NCBI GenBank assembly: GCA_045837725.1
Contig: JBEWZL010000061.1
Span: 124,001 to 159,911 of the forward strand
DNA from: Vermamoeba vermiformis
Lineage: Eukaryota
DNA length: 35,911 bases
Direction: 5' to 3'
Shown here: one piece after another, positions 13,501-25,732 of the stretch
Position numbering within the stretch: the stretch's first letter is position 1
Layout of the letters: the number at the start of each line of letters is the position of its first letter
Notes under the pieces: model-generated
Database searches by the model: none
Told to the model about the DNA's origin: nothing
Seen by the model: the letters and a program-made list of their open reading frames with translations, nothing else
Translations under genes and position numbers: made by a program

Positions 13501-15869
13501 TGGCGCTGGACCGAATCACGTGTTGCCCACTGGACGAACTTCGCGATACACTGGAGGGTTGTCTGTCCTCACCTTTTTGAAGGTACACTCGTGGTTGCAA
13601 ATTGAGGATCCAGTTGCGGCACTCCCCGTAGTACGCGATGCAGTGACTCTAGGCCAACTCGAAGGACTCTACGGTCACGCTGCCGCTGCAGCTAAGAGAT
13701 TGCACGTCGAAGGAGAGAGGTCACAAACCTCCGCTGAAGTGGTCAAGTCACGCTTTGTTCGTGCCGATTTGAGCAACATCGGAGTGTACCATCCCATTCA
13801 GCCATTAGAAGTATTGGCTGAAGAGATTGGTTTGCCTGTCGATAAGCTTGCCAAGCTCGATGCAAATGAGAATTTGTATGGACCGCTCGAAGAAGTTCGC
13901 CAAGCCATCTCTAACGTACGTAAATATGACGCCTATTTTACACCGAAAACTTGGAATTGTTGACTAATTATGGTTACTCTCAGGCTAATTTACACATCTA
14001 TCCCGATCCTGGTCAAACTTATTTGCGAAGGGATATCGCCGAGTACCACAGAGTAAAGTCCGAACAAATTGTCATTGGCACTGGCAGCGACGATTTGCTC
14101 GACGTTTTGATTCGCGTCGTCGATCCTAAGGCCATTGTTATTTCAACGCCCACATTTGGCATGTACTCGTTCTTGGGCAAGATCAACAAGGCTCGCATTG
14201 TCGACGTTCCTCGTGACGTCAACTTTGATGTAAGAACTCGCTAGTTTTCTGTGGAATAACTCATTAACGCACCTTTATAGGTTGATGTCAACGCCGTGGC
14301 ACAAGCTGTCAAGAAGAGCAATGCCAAATTAATGTTCTTCGCAACGCCCAACAACCCGACAGGCAACGCGCTCTCCGAACAGCAGATTGTTAGTTTGTGC
14401 AGCCAAAATCCCGATTGTGTTGTTGCTTTGGACGAGGCCTACATCGAGTTCTCAAATGCACCTGTGGTCTCTTCAATTCCGTTGATCGAAAAGTTCCCGA
14501 ACTTGGTCATCTTCCGTACTTTCAGCAAGTACTCTGCTTTGGCAGGACTTCGCGTTGGTTTTGCAGTTGCTCATCCCGAGCTCGCTAGTGTTTTTATGGC
14601 GCTTAAGCAGCCTTACAACATGTCTTCTGTCGCCGACGTAGCTGCTCGTGCATGCATTAAACACATGGACAAACTGCTCACTCAAATTGACCTCATCAAG
14701 TACGTGCACATCTATTGTGGCTCTCAAATACTAATTGATCTACAGGGCTGAGAAAGCTAATATTGTTTCATTGGTGTCGAAGTACGCGTGGCTGAAGCCC
14801 GTGCCATCAGAGACAAACTTCATGCTCGTGGAAGTTATCAACAGACCTGCTTGGTTAATTAAGGCCAGCCTGCGTCGTCGTGGAGTTCTTGTTCGTCACT
14901 TTGATCACCCGCGATTGAGCAAGTACATTCGCATCAGCGTTGGTCGCCCTGCAGATACAGTGCTGCTGAAACAAGGTTTGGATGAGCTCGATGCTGCTCA
15001 AGATGACTTTGTGCAGTACAAACCCGACGGACTTTTGTTTGATATGGATGGGTAAGTAGCTGCTAGAATTTAGTATGAAACAAAACTAATTCAAAGTAGT
15101 GTGTTGGTTGACGTGACTCAGTCTTATCGCCAAGCCATCATTTTGACCGCCGCTCATTTTGGTGTTACTGTCTCTCAAGACGACATCAAGGACGCAAAAG
15201 CAGAGGGTAACGCCAACAACGACTGGGTTCTGACGCAGCGCTTGATTGCAAAGAAGGTACGTTGGGATTTTGATCTCAAACAGTGGATCTAAATGGTTCT
15301 TTATCAGACTGGCACCGTCGTGCCATTGCAAGACGTCATCGACAAGTTTGAGGAGTTATACGTTGGCAATAGCAATGATGCTTCATCGGGTCTCTGGCGT
15401 CGCGAGAACCCACTCGTTACTGCTGAATTCCTCGAGAACTTGGCGAAGCAACTGCCACTTGCAGTCGTGACTGGTCGACCTCGTCGTGATGCTGAACGAT
15501 TCTTGAATCACACTGGATTCGGAAAGTACTTCAAAGCTGTCGTGTGCATGGGTAAGTCAAAATCTACAAGCTCTACTTGTTTGAATTTAGAACTTATTTT
15601 GAGCAGAGGACACTGCCTTCCCCAAACCTAGTCCACAACCTGTCGAAGCAGCGTTGAAACAACTCGGTATCAAGCGTGCTTGGATGATTGGCGACACACC
15701 GGATGACATTATTGCCGCTACTGGTGCGTGTGTTGTGGGCATTGGTGCGTTATACTCGCCAGGAGCAAATGACCCAGTGACAGTTCGAGCACTTCAAGCT
15801 GTTGGAGCTCTGCGCGTTACTGAAAACGCCACCGAACTTCTCCCGCTGCTCGCGCAAGTGAAATTGTAA
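10571..15869 (+). CDS. Multifunctional histidine biosynthesis protein: HisA-like ProFAR isomerase + HisI + HisE + HisD + HisC + HAD-family (putative histidinol-phosphate) phosphatase; ~14 exons, ~1,490 aa
   Basis: HisA: PSIDLLNG, VVDLDAA, VGGGIRD, AALD, EGRMQG, IAGGV. HisI: LWRKGETSG, DCDRD, FCHL..TCF. HisE: SYTNKL, EEAKE, ETADLFY. HisD: GCYAPGG, GGAQAIAALAYG, VGPGN, DMLAGPSE, QAEHD, APEHLE, DYGAGPNHVLPT. HisC: KLDANEN, GSDD, PNNPTG, DEAYIEF, RTFSK. HAD: FDMDGVL, NNDW, VVTGRP, KPSP, IGDTPDD. Confidence 0.95.
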
Positions 15870-16091
15870 ATTAATCGTCGTTAATTTAGTTAAATCGGGA
15901 CACAAAATTGCGCTTCGACAATTTATTTGCTTCAATAGACTGTTGAGGCCAAAGTGTGGCCGATGTCAAATTATCTCCGTATCCGATGTCATCGGAGTTT
16001 TAGTCGCAAATTAGGAATAATATAAATATTTTGCACAAATTTTGTTCCCTTTTTTGTTTGTGCCCGTCACTTTCCAGCAATATATGAATGA

Positions 16092-17949
16092 ATGGCCCAC
16101 AAATGGTATCATAATACGAACTTCCTCTTCTTGTTATCTCGTGAGTATATCTGTACGAAACATCCGTAACAAATTGATTGATATCGGCTTTAGTGGTGGT
16201 TTCAGTCGCCCCCGAATTAATTGTAATGAGAAGGAGTAGCGAAGAAATGATTACCGTTGTTTCTTTGTATTACGTCGGTAAGTGTCACAGATTCTGAAAA
16301 AAATAATAATAATAAACAGTATACGACTCTGACACAGAAAATGTTAATAACGATAATTAATAGTATTATTTTATTATTATTATTAATCAGGAAATCGTGA
16401 CTTGGCGGGGAGCATCTATGGTGTGCTTTCACTAGGGTTTTCGGATGGGGTTTACAACGCGAATGATGACAACTTTATACCGTTCAACGGTACAAATGCA
16501 ATGGCTTTGACAGAACAAGCTGAGTTACCCATTGAAAATAATTTGAGGAGGTTAATTCAGCGAGGGGCGATTGGGATCGTGATCGCTAGAAATACGCAAT
16601 TCAGTAAGAAATCAATCAATAAATTGTCCCATGAAATTAATCCATATATTTCTAGGTCTTGGCAGGTAAAGTAATACAACACAGAGCGACGAGAGTTTAA
16701 TATTGCAAAACAGAATAATGTACAACACCAACGGTACAGACACGTCAGACATTAATGTACCAGTCGTAGAAATATCTTTGACGGATTACAATCGCATAAA
16801 AGAATGGATGTTGCTGGATGAGGCGTTTTATCTGCCAGTTAGTTTATCGCCAGGTCGGTTTCAATTATTTATAAGAGCGAAAGCGTTGTTTCTTACTTGA
16901 TTCAATAGGCTACAACGCTTGGTATGCTTATAATTCAGGCCCTTATTTGACAATTTGGCAGGTCACAATGGCTGTTTTCACAGGTATTTTTGTGTGACAC
17001 GTGCCACGTATATTTTCAATTGTAACGAGACTGACTATGCATAACAGCTGCGGCACTTGCACTTGCACTTCGGCGTTTGATTTTGTTACTGCAAGGAAAC
17101 AAGCTCGCGTCCTTTTGGCTCGCTCGAACGGCGTACATTTTTGAGATTATCGGCCTAACGCGTACGTGCAGAAAAAGTACTAGTCCCTTCGAATACTAAC
17201 GAAATATAGTGCGGCTACTTTATACGTGCTTGAACCCGTTAGGCGGGCGAATAACGACACCTTGGTGGCTGGAACAAATTCTACGTTCACTGAATATACC
17301 CTTTAACCTTGCTACGGCAATAATGGTCACGTTCTTTTGGTGAGTTATTGTGATTGTGCCAATACATGTCAATCTTATTGTTATGCCAGGCATTTCGAGC
17401 TCTCAAAAAGCACGATGATTTCGTTGGATGTGGGAAAGACGAAGTTGCCAATTTTTATCGGTAATTATCTTAGATTTATAGTAATTATAGAATATTCTTT
17501 GCTAACCAGGCAATAGCAATCTTTCTGGTTTTTGTTCTAGAATTTTCGACCTCGATCCCTCGCGCCTTTAACGCAGACAGTCAATCAATCTATTACATTT
17601 TGAACGCAGTAATTTATTGCTTGTCTGTCTCCATTTTAGGTGTATTTTATGTAATTACTGGCAAGAAGGTCATCAAACATATCGAATTAATGGGACGCGA
17701 TAATCCGACGGAAGGCGAAGTAAAGAAACAAAAAAGAATGCGAATTGTACGTAATTCTATTGTATTTTAATGGTATTTACCTGTTGCATTTAGGTCTCAG
17801 CTAAAATCATTATCAGCGGTGTTTGCCTGTTTTGCATTGCCATGGTTTATATCCTCACGGCAACGCCGATTTATACGGACCCGGTTGTTTACGGGATTGT
17901 GTGGTGGTTGATATTTGGCTTGTTCAATACTTTGAGCGTATTATTGTAA
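16092..17949 (+). CDS. Membrane protein: signal peptide, PA-domain-like ectodomain, ~7 TM segments
   Basis: MAHKWYHNTNFLFLLSLVVSVA leader; RLIQRGAIGIVI and DINVPVVEIS resemble PA-domain motifs; about 7 hydrophobic segments follow. Includes a 10-nt microexon at 16656-16665. The 3' end is uncertain. Confidence 0.7.
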
Positions 17950-18104
17950 AATAAAATCGGAACAAAATCTTTATTCGATTCGCAATTGCATTCTGTGAGG
18001 AATGCTAGTAAGGTCATAATTATTGTTGTTAATGTTTATATCCCTTTCCTATTTCACACGTATTTGCGCATTGCTTTGAGCACGCATCTCAATCCGTCTT
18101 TGAC

Positions 18105-21100
18105 ATGGACCTTAAAATCAAAATACTATTTTCATTATTTTTATTATTATGTGGAGATAGTTATTCAATCGTTCCCAAGACGGTAAGTGTGATTACAATT
18201 TACGAAATAATTAATCAAAATTTATTATAATTTTAATTTAGTCCGATAGCCACCAACCTATTTTCATAATAATATGCCTTGATAGTGGACTGCTATTGGC
18301 CCATTTCCGGGTGGAATGCGAGAAATTGCTGGAATGTCATTGGATGCGTATAGTACGTGCCATGTGGGTACCGCAGTAATACTAATATTCGCAGCATCAA
18401 TTTTTACAGCTACCGTTGATAACACGACCTATCCCAGCGAGTTAGGTATGTACTTAATCTTAGATTATTCTTCCGATCTAATTCATCTCAGGCGTCAATG
18501 GCCGTGTTGGCTGGAAACACTTTGATACGAGCGACGATGGATCAGTGCTCATCCATTATAGTGATTTCGACGAGAGTTTCTTACAAGTAAGCACGTGCCT
18601 GGATGCACACGTGAACTAACTCATTGGTTATAGCCGCCGTATGGCTGGTCGATCTTATTATGGCAAGGATGGGCCGTTGGTGAATTCAAAATCGATAGTG
18701 ATGGCAAGTAAGTCGCACGACAATTGTTGAGTTCTGATGGACGTAACTGAGACTGCAACAGGTACCTCGTACACTGTTCAAATGTCATCGAGTACTACGT
18801 GGATTCACGCGCCAATCACTTCCACGGCGATGCATTGGTCTACGACTTGTTGTATACGCCAATAGACTTGACACAGGGCTCTCATCGGTTGTTCGTCAAG
18901 TTGATCAGTTCCATTCGCGCGTACGGCAACACCGCAAATGTCACGTTCACTTGTAAAGTACAGCCATGGCAAAACAAAATCAAAGTCATCAACACTGTTG
19001 CTCCGTCTGTGGTGGATAAGTATGTCGCAAGTTTGAGTTGGTCGTGCTCCTTCTAATCGCTCGCTCAGACAGCTTGTTACACCGCACGCCACTGTTTACG
19101 TCTTGAATAATAATCGAGCTGCACGGTACAAAGTCACTGCCCCTCAAGTACGTCACGTATGTAACGATGTTAATGATGCTAATATTCCGCTAGGGATCGA
19201 GTTGGACTGTGACGAGCGATTACAGTTGGATTCAATCCGGCCAGACAAAGCCGGTTAATTTTCTGCTAAGTACAGCCAATGCAATCACCTCATGCCCGAC
19301 GACAGTACCCTTGTGTGTTGTGTCAGAGGATGCGCAGTGCATGCCTTTCAATTTGACTCTGAGTTGCGCTCAGTTCACCTCGGGTTACACCTTCACTTTC
19401 ATCGATTATGATGGCTCAGTACAATACGGTATGATGCTTTGCTAATAGCAATATTCTAACAGTCATTCAGCTGCTGCGTTGCCTCCTGCAGGTCCTTGTC
19501 CTAGTCAAGGCTGTGCAGTTATTTTAGCCTTGCACGGTGCTGGAGTAGATGCCGGCTCTCCGTTTTGGGTTGGAGCGTTCAACGTGCAAAAAGACAAGTG
19601 GATTTTGTATCCAACTGGACGAAGACCTTGGGGCTATGATTGGCACGGGCCGAGCGTACTTAACGTGTTCAAATCCCTTGAGATCTTGCAACGAGATTTA
19701 CCTGGTGCTCCCGAAAAACAACACGGTCAGTTCTCTGTCGATAGTACAAGGCTCGTGTATGCAGGCCATTCAATGGGTGGAGCTGGGTAAGCATTAATAG
19801 TGTTAGTCGCACAGCAGTAATCTAACGCACTTCAGCACATGGATGATTGCGAGTCACTTCCCTGATTTGGCAATGGCAAGTGCTCCAGCAGCAGGGTTCA
19901 TTGCCATCGAACAATACGTGCCATATTACTTGCGAGTCGGCTATGCTCATATTGATAAAATACTGCTAGGTGTAAGTTATCCATCATATCTTCCTTTCAG
20001 CGTATTAACATCCTGAAGATATTGGAGAGCGCAATCAGCGAATACGATACGAATTTGTATGCGGCAAATATGGTAGGCATGCCATTGCTCGTTCAGTACG
20101 GCAGCGAGGACAACAACGTGCCACCCTGGAATAGCAGGCGGATGGTAAGCGAAACGTTTCTTAGACTCAATTACTAAACAAAATAGGTGCGCATCATTTC
20201 CGAACTGAACCACGATCCTGCTTCCGTTTCATTGGTTGAAGTTGCAGGTGAAGGGCATTGGTGGAACAGTGCGATGAATGGGCCAATAATTCAGCAGTTT
20301 TTCAACAACTCTGTCCAGCTTCCTGCCTTTCCAAAGCAGTTCGATGCTGTGACCATTAACCCTGCTTCCTCGGGCAGTCGTGGCTCCGTTTTGATTTTAC
20401 AGAACACAATCCCGTTCCGATTAGCGCGCGTGTCTGTAACACAGCAATCGAGCATGCATTGGACAATCAAATGCCAGAACGTCAAGCGATTCGGGTTGAC
20501 ACTTGATCCCCGAAGTGTGCCGTTGAGCGGTCAAGTAACAATCCGAACTCCCGACGGCAAGTTACTTCCTTTCAGTGCCAAGTATCGCCTGCCTGAACAT
20601 CACTTTTGTTTGCATGGTGATTTGTGGAAGGTAGATTACATTTTATTTTGGCTTTTGTTGATCGCTTTACCTTCAAGGTTTGTGCAACCAGCGATTGGCT
20701 AAGCAGTGGAGAAAGAACCATTGCGCAATATGGTCCTCCTGCAAGAATATTTGAACGACCATTCGCAGTTGTCTATGGTACCAAATCTCAGTACTCGTCT
20801 GCTCTGCTTAAACTTGCCGTGCAGATTGCTAATGATTGGTTCCTTTATTCTGGAGGCAACAGTATGTTTTGCACAACGTGGCATTACGTACTTACTTATT
20901 ATTATTGTCAGCCACAATCTTTAGCGATCATGAGATGAACAACAATTTGATTTCTGAGCTTGGCTTAAATTTGATTGTGATTGGAGGGCCAGCAGATAAC
21001 TATTGGGCAGAGCAAATTCAATCTTTGTTGCCTGTTAACCGTATGTCTTCTTGATGTTGAATTCTGTTTAATATTCTTTAGGATCCACCAATGCATTTTC

Positions 21101-21423
21101 AATTGGATCTCATACTCTCTCTGCTTCATCTGCTGGTGCGATCTATTTGGCTCCATCAAGTGTTGGTCAGTTGATGAATTTAATGATTGAGGGTTTAGAT
21201 TTGGATGGTTTGTTATTAGCTGCTAGATATCTTCCTTATTCCACAGGAGTAACAGTGCCTGATTTTTGTAAGTAATGCCACTATTTTTGTTCACTAAACT
21301 AACATTTCTTAAGTTATTGTTGGTCAAAGTGCTCTTTGGTTGAGTGATGGAGGGATCTTGGCAGCTGGGTTTTGGGATTCAAATTGGCAGGCCAACACTC
21401 TGGCTAGTTACTTTACTATGTAA
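18105..21423 (+). CDS. Secreted alpha/beta-hydrolase (peptidase S9/esterase-like), many exons
   Basis: Signal peptide MDLKIKILFSLFLLLCGDSYS; WTAIGPFPGGMRE; ILALHGAGVDA; PTGRRPWGYDWHG; nucleophile GHSMGG; YGSEDNNVP (Asp); GEGHWW (His); C-terminal VPDF...AAGFWDSNW. Stop TAA at 21421-21423. Confidence 0.85.
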
Positions 21424-21479
21424 ATAAAACTATCATAGGAGCCTTGTTAGAACAGATAGTATGCTTATCTATTATGTTT

Positions 21480-23160
21480 TTGCACATCATTGGGAATAGA
21501 CACATCCTGCTATGTGCTGGTCACTTGGTTGGTGCAAATTGAAGGTCAACTTCTTCATCTTGATGGTGATGACAGGCAATTTGTCAATACCACTGCAGCC
21601 AGGGTCAATGTTGATGTTCATTGCTGTTGTGTGGCTTATGTTCTTGGCACTAATCTAGATTAGATTAGATTGGCTAATGCTTGTATGGAAGATTGTTTTT
21701 GCATCTAAGATGATCTTGATCTCTTGAGCTACAAAGAACCTGACCTGAGAGATACTCGCTTTCTCTTGCCTGTCATCCAAGATATTGGCCTCAATGCCCC
21801 TGCTGATGCTGATATGCCTCCAAATTCAATTGTGGAAATTTCTGATGATGAATCTCCAGCTCTGGGAATGACTCCATAGTCACATGCTTGGTTCAACTTG
21901 TCCCCAGATGCCAGTGCCACCTAAAAACAACTCAACCTGACCTGTTGTGAGACTCAGACCTGCCCTGATCTCAACCATCTTGAACCCAGTAGACTTCACA
22001 CCTGAAGAAGAGAAGCAGCATGAGAAGAACTTGAAGAAGGCTTGTGTGATGCTTAAGCCCTTTAATGGTACTGTAAAGGTGCCAATGCCTTGGGTGGGGT
22101 TGAAAGACTTATGAAGCATTGCTATTTGCTTCCACCTTCCTGAGTGCACTGCTTCCTGTTGGCATTGCATCAAGGGAAGATATCAGTGGTGTGGATCTGG
22201 AGGACAGTTCTGAGGTTAGTCAAAAGTTTGATTCTGTATTTAATTCAAAAATAGTCCCTATTATGCAGTTATTTTATGGTAAAGAAAAGGTTAAAATTGT
22301 TTTTTTATTTTTTGTGTTGGGCATGTGTGCATGAATCTGTATCTGACAGATTCCTGGATTATTGCTGATGATAAAGCAATGTACAAAATATATAAAATGT
22401 TAAAAGAAAAAAAAAATTTAATCTCTAATTTGTAACTCTGCATTTATTTATTATTGCTTTGTAAAAATAACAAGAGTCAAGTTGCATCCAGTGTATGCTG
22501 TTTGTCACTTGCAACAGCAAGCCATCGATACTTCAGCATCAATAATTACTGAGGTTATTGAGTTTTTCAAGAAGTGCAAATCTGCTCTCCAAAAAGAGCA
22601 GAAAGCAAGGTCTAGAAAGCGAAAGCAAGATGATTCTGAATCGTCTGAGCAACCTGCACAAAAGAAGCAAAAGATAAGTGGGAGTGCTTCACACAAGGAA
22701 TGAATCAATGCTGTTGCAGCAAGGTACAGCAAAGTCCAGGATGAGGAACCTTCAGAATCTCCAAATGAACCTGATCAAGGTGAGTAATGCTAATGAGGAT
22801 TCTTCAGTTGAGTATGGAGTTCATGAGGGAAGAAGAACAGCCACAATGGTGTGTGAGGACAGTACTCAACCTCTGGAGCATCTTGACAAAGTTGTAAAGC
22901 TTGGGGACAGGTTCAAAGCTTTGGAAAAATACTTGAGCCAGGGAGAGGAGGCAACATATGCACAAAAGGTGTCAAAGATTTGCATTAAAGTTCTTCGAGA
23001 ATTTTTAAAGTTTGGAGTTTTTCTTCAGATCTGCAAGAAATCATCAAAATTAATGCTTGAAGGCATTGGCAGTATGTATGCTGAGTCCTATGTTAATCTG
23101 AGTACCCATGAGAACACATCATGGTTGCATGTGGAAAGAAACCTTTTGCTTCATCTGTGA
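21480..23160 (+). pseudogene. Decayed intron-containing coding sequence of unknown family
   Basis: Protein-like stretches (DLDLLSYKEPDLRDTRFLLPVIQD; LNPVDFTPEEEKQHEKNLKKAC; KARSRKRKQDDSESSEQPAQKKQK) are broken by stops and frameshifts. Almost no CpG. Ends abruptly at the repeat starting at 23161. Confidence 0.55.
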
Positions 23161-23935
23161 TTAAAGGGTGTTTAGGGCCAGGGCTGGCCAGTTTTTAAAA
23201 TAAAATTGTACTTCAAACATGGGTAACCTTGTGCTTGGTGCAGCAGGAGGGCGTCAGACGGTCTGACGGCCTCAGGCAAGGGGGGGTGCGTCAGACCGTC
23301 TGACGGCCTCTGGCAAGGGGGGGTGCGTCAGACGGTCTGACGGCCTCAAGCAAAGAGGTGTTGCATCAACCAAGCTAATACTACTAGAATGGGGAGGTAC
23401 GTAAGACAGGCAAACAGTCTAGAGATGGCACATAGGTTCGACATTGGCCTGCAGTCTTTGTGCTTGGGGAAGATGTCCGTTAGGGTATGTAAAGGGGTGA
23501 GGGCGTCCGACACGTCCGACGGTCTCCACGTGCCTCAATTACCATATTAGGAAATTCTGGGAATTGTCAGAAGAATTACTTTGCAAAAAAATTTCATGTA
23601 CTGGAAAAGGGCGTCCGACGCGTCCGACGGTCTCCACGTGCCTCAATTACCATATTAGGAAATTCTGAGAATCTGTAGTTTCAAAGAAAAAACATGGAAC
23701 CGAAGCCTCTTGCAGCAAGCTCCAAAACACAAAATGCACCTGCACCTGCACCTGCACCTGCACATGCACCTACATTGCCGCAACCACGCAACCAAGTAAG
23801 AAAACGCTAATTAACGAGTTAAATTCTTTATTTAAAACAAAGAACAAAAGGTACATGCTGGAAGACACTAATTGCGTTGGACATAACCACGAGCTGCCAG
23901 TTCTTGGTCGAGGTCAACCAATAGACCCTCTGCCT
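23161..23935 (+). repeat. Long direct repeat, copy 1 (putative transposon terminal region)
   Basis: Begins TTAAAGGGTGTTTAGGGCCAGGGCTGGCCAG and aligns with 27119-28269. Contains 3 CGTCAGAC-N-GTCTGACG palindromes, a duplicated ~59-bp block (23501, 23609) and (TGCACC)n. Confidence 0.9.
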
Positions 23936-24522
23936 CAACATTCTGCCTGTAAGATCTAAAGGAAAGTTTTTAGAGATGAAGAATAATTTTTTAAACCGAA
24001 GCAGTACTTACCCTCAATAAGGCAGCGAATGATTTCGTCTCTCTTGGCTTGTTCGCCAACCAGCTTGATTCTAGTGCGTTCTCGTAACTTGGTGGCCCTC
24101 ATGTACAGAGTGGTTGCATAGATGGCATCGGGATGTTGCAAAAAACTATGCAAAAAAATATTAGAAATAAAAATTAAAAAAATAATTTTTTACTTGCAAG
24201 TGGTGGTTTGGGAACTGCTCTCTTGCTCGTCGATACTCTTCACTAATGCTGAGAGACTGCGGAACAAAATTGTGATCCCGAGTTGCACCTGAATTTAAAA
24301 AAAATAAATTGCAATTCATAAATATAGTTACTTTGTATTTTAATGAAAACAAAGTGTAGAATATTTCTTATATATAATATTGTTGAAATTAATTAAATGC
24401 TTACACGCAATGAAGGAGGTGATACTCATTTTGATCCGGAGTGTTGCAATATACATCTTGAATTCAAGGCGCTCAATGTGCTCATTCACTCGTTGAAGCT
24501 GGGCACGATACGTCTGTTCCAT
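23868..24522 (-). CDS. Small 4-exon hypothetical gene or pseudogene
   Basis: ATG at 24522 (MEQTYRAQLQRVNEHIERLEFK) and GT-AG introns. The last exon AEGLLVDLDQELA is conserved as AEGLLVELNKELA in repeat copy 2, but the frame junction to it is unclear. Confidence 0.4.
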
Positions 24523-24794
24523 AATTATCCTTAGTTGTCTATATTTTGAACAAAAAATACAGTTAGTCACAAAGTCAATTGAGCTAGATATTTTCGGTTA
24601 TGATATGCACATAAAACTATAAGTGCAATTAGTATTTAGTATTACATATTTAGTTGACTTGATTTCTGGAAGCTGCTGAACCTTTCATATAAATAATGCA
24701 CCAGTGCGTGCATCTCATTGGTACTGGTGCACATGCACCTGCACCTGTACTTGTACATGCACCTGCACCTGCACCTGCCGTAAAGGTAATTGTT

Positions 24795-25673
24795 TTATTC
24801 TGACTGTTCTTGCATAATCTCATTATACAAGTCCAGTGACATCTTCTTTATGGCATAGAGATCACAATGATGATTTGCATTCACGATCACCCGAAGTACA
24901 GAGGACGATCGATGAGCTGCAGCAATTTGCCAGAGAGAAGTACCAGTGTTCCAACCAACAAAAACGGCGTAATCAATTATACACCCATGATCTCCAATGG
25001 CTGCAGCCTCCAAAGAAACTCCAAGAGGGGCACGAAGAACTGTATGCGAGTAGATCAGGCTGGCAAGTTGACCATGTAAAGCAGCTGCTTCACATGTATC
25101 ACTGGTAGGTTCAACTCCTTGAGCGACAAGTGCCATCATGTACTTGATCTTCCCCTTTGAAGCCAAGTAATTCAACATCTTGCCATCGCAGAGCTGTTTT
25201 GTTCTTTTGCAAACCAATCGCACAGCAGAGAGACTCCACAAGCAAGATGAATAATTGGCGATTAATCTGCTCTTGTCGACCAAGTCAAACTTTGACGGAC
25301 GTACAATGTGGATCGGATCCAAGTTGCAAGGGTCCAGCAATTTGACACCTATTGTAAGGAGGCCTGGAATATCAGGGTAGGCTTTCTGAGTAATTAAACG
25401 AAGAATAATTAATTATTTAATTTAAATAAAATAGTTCTCCAATTAAGAAAACAAAATTTAAAATTGTAGAAATGCTTAATTTGAATTGAAACTCACCAAA
25501 TCTGAGATGAAGAGATTTCCACCAGGCTCCGAGGCTGCTTGTATTTCAATAGAGCAAAAAGTAATCTTTCTCCTAGTTTGTCCAGATCTGCGATGAAAAC
25601 CATTGTTAATACTACAACATAGAGTAATAATGAATATTGGATTGATACAGTACTTTTTAAAAGATGAAGCCAT
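24795..25673 (-). CDS. F-box-like plus divergent ankyrin-repeat protein (~205 aa, 3 exons)
   Basis: Exons ~25673-25654, ~25538-25498 and ~25348-24795 splice in frame. LSAVRLVCKR resembles an F-box end. Repeats TSDTCEAAALHGQLASLIY, LEAAAIGDHGCIIDY and LWQIAAAHRSSSVLR resemble ankyrin units. Confidence 0.6.
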
Positions 25674-25732
25674 GAGTTTGTTTGGATTCTGCAACAAAAA
25701 AAATGTACCGAACAACTACAATTTTTATTTAT

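Noticed and set aside
10571-15869. Prokaryote-style his operon of separate genes, as the ORF track suggests
   Set aside because: ORF breaks coincide with GT-AG introns within domains, and most domain junctions are continuous within exons.
23170-23177. Telomeric TTTAGGG
   Set aside because: A single unit per repeat copy with no tandem run.
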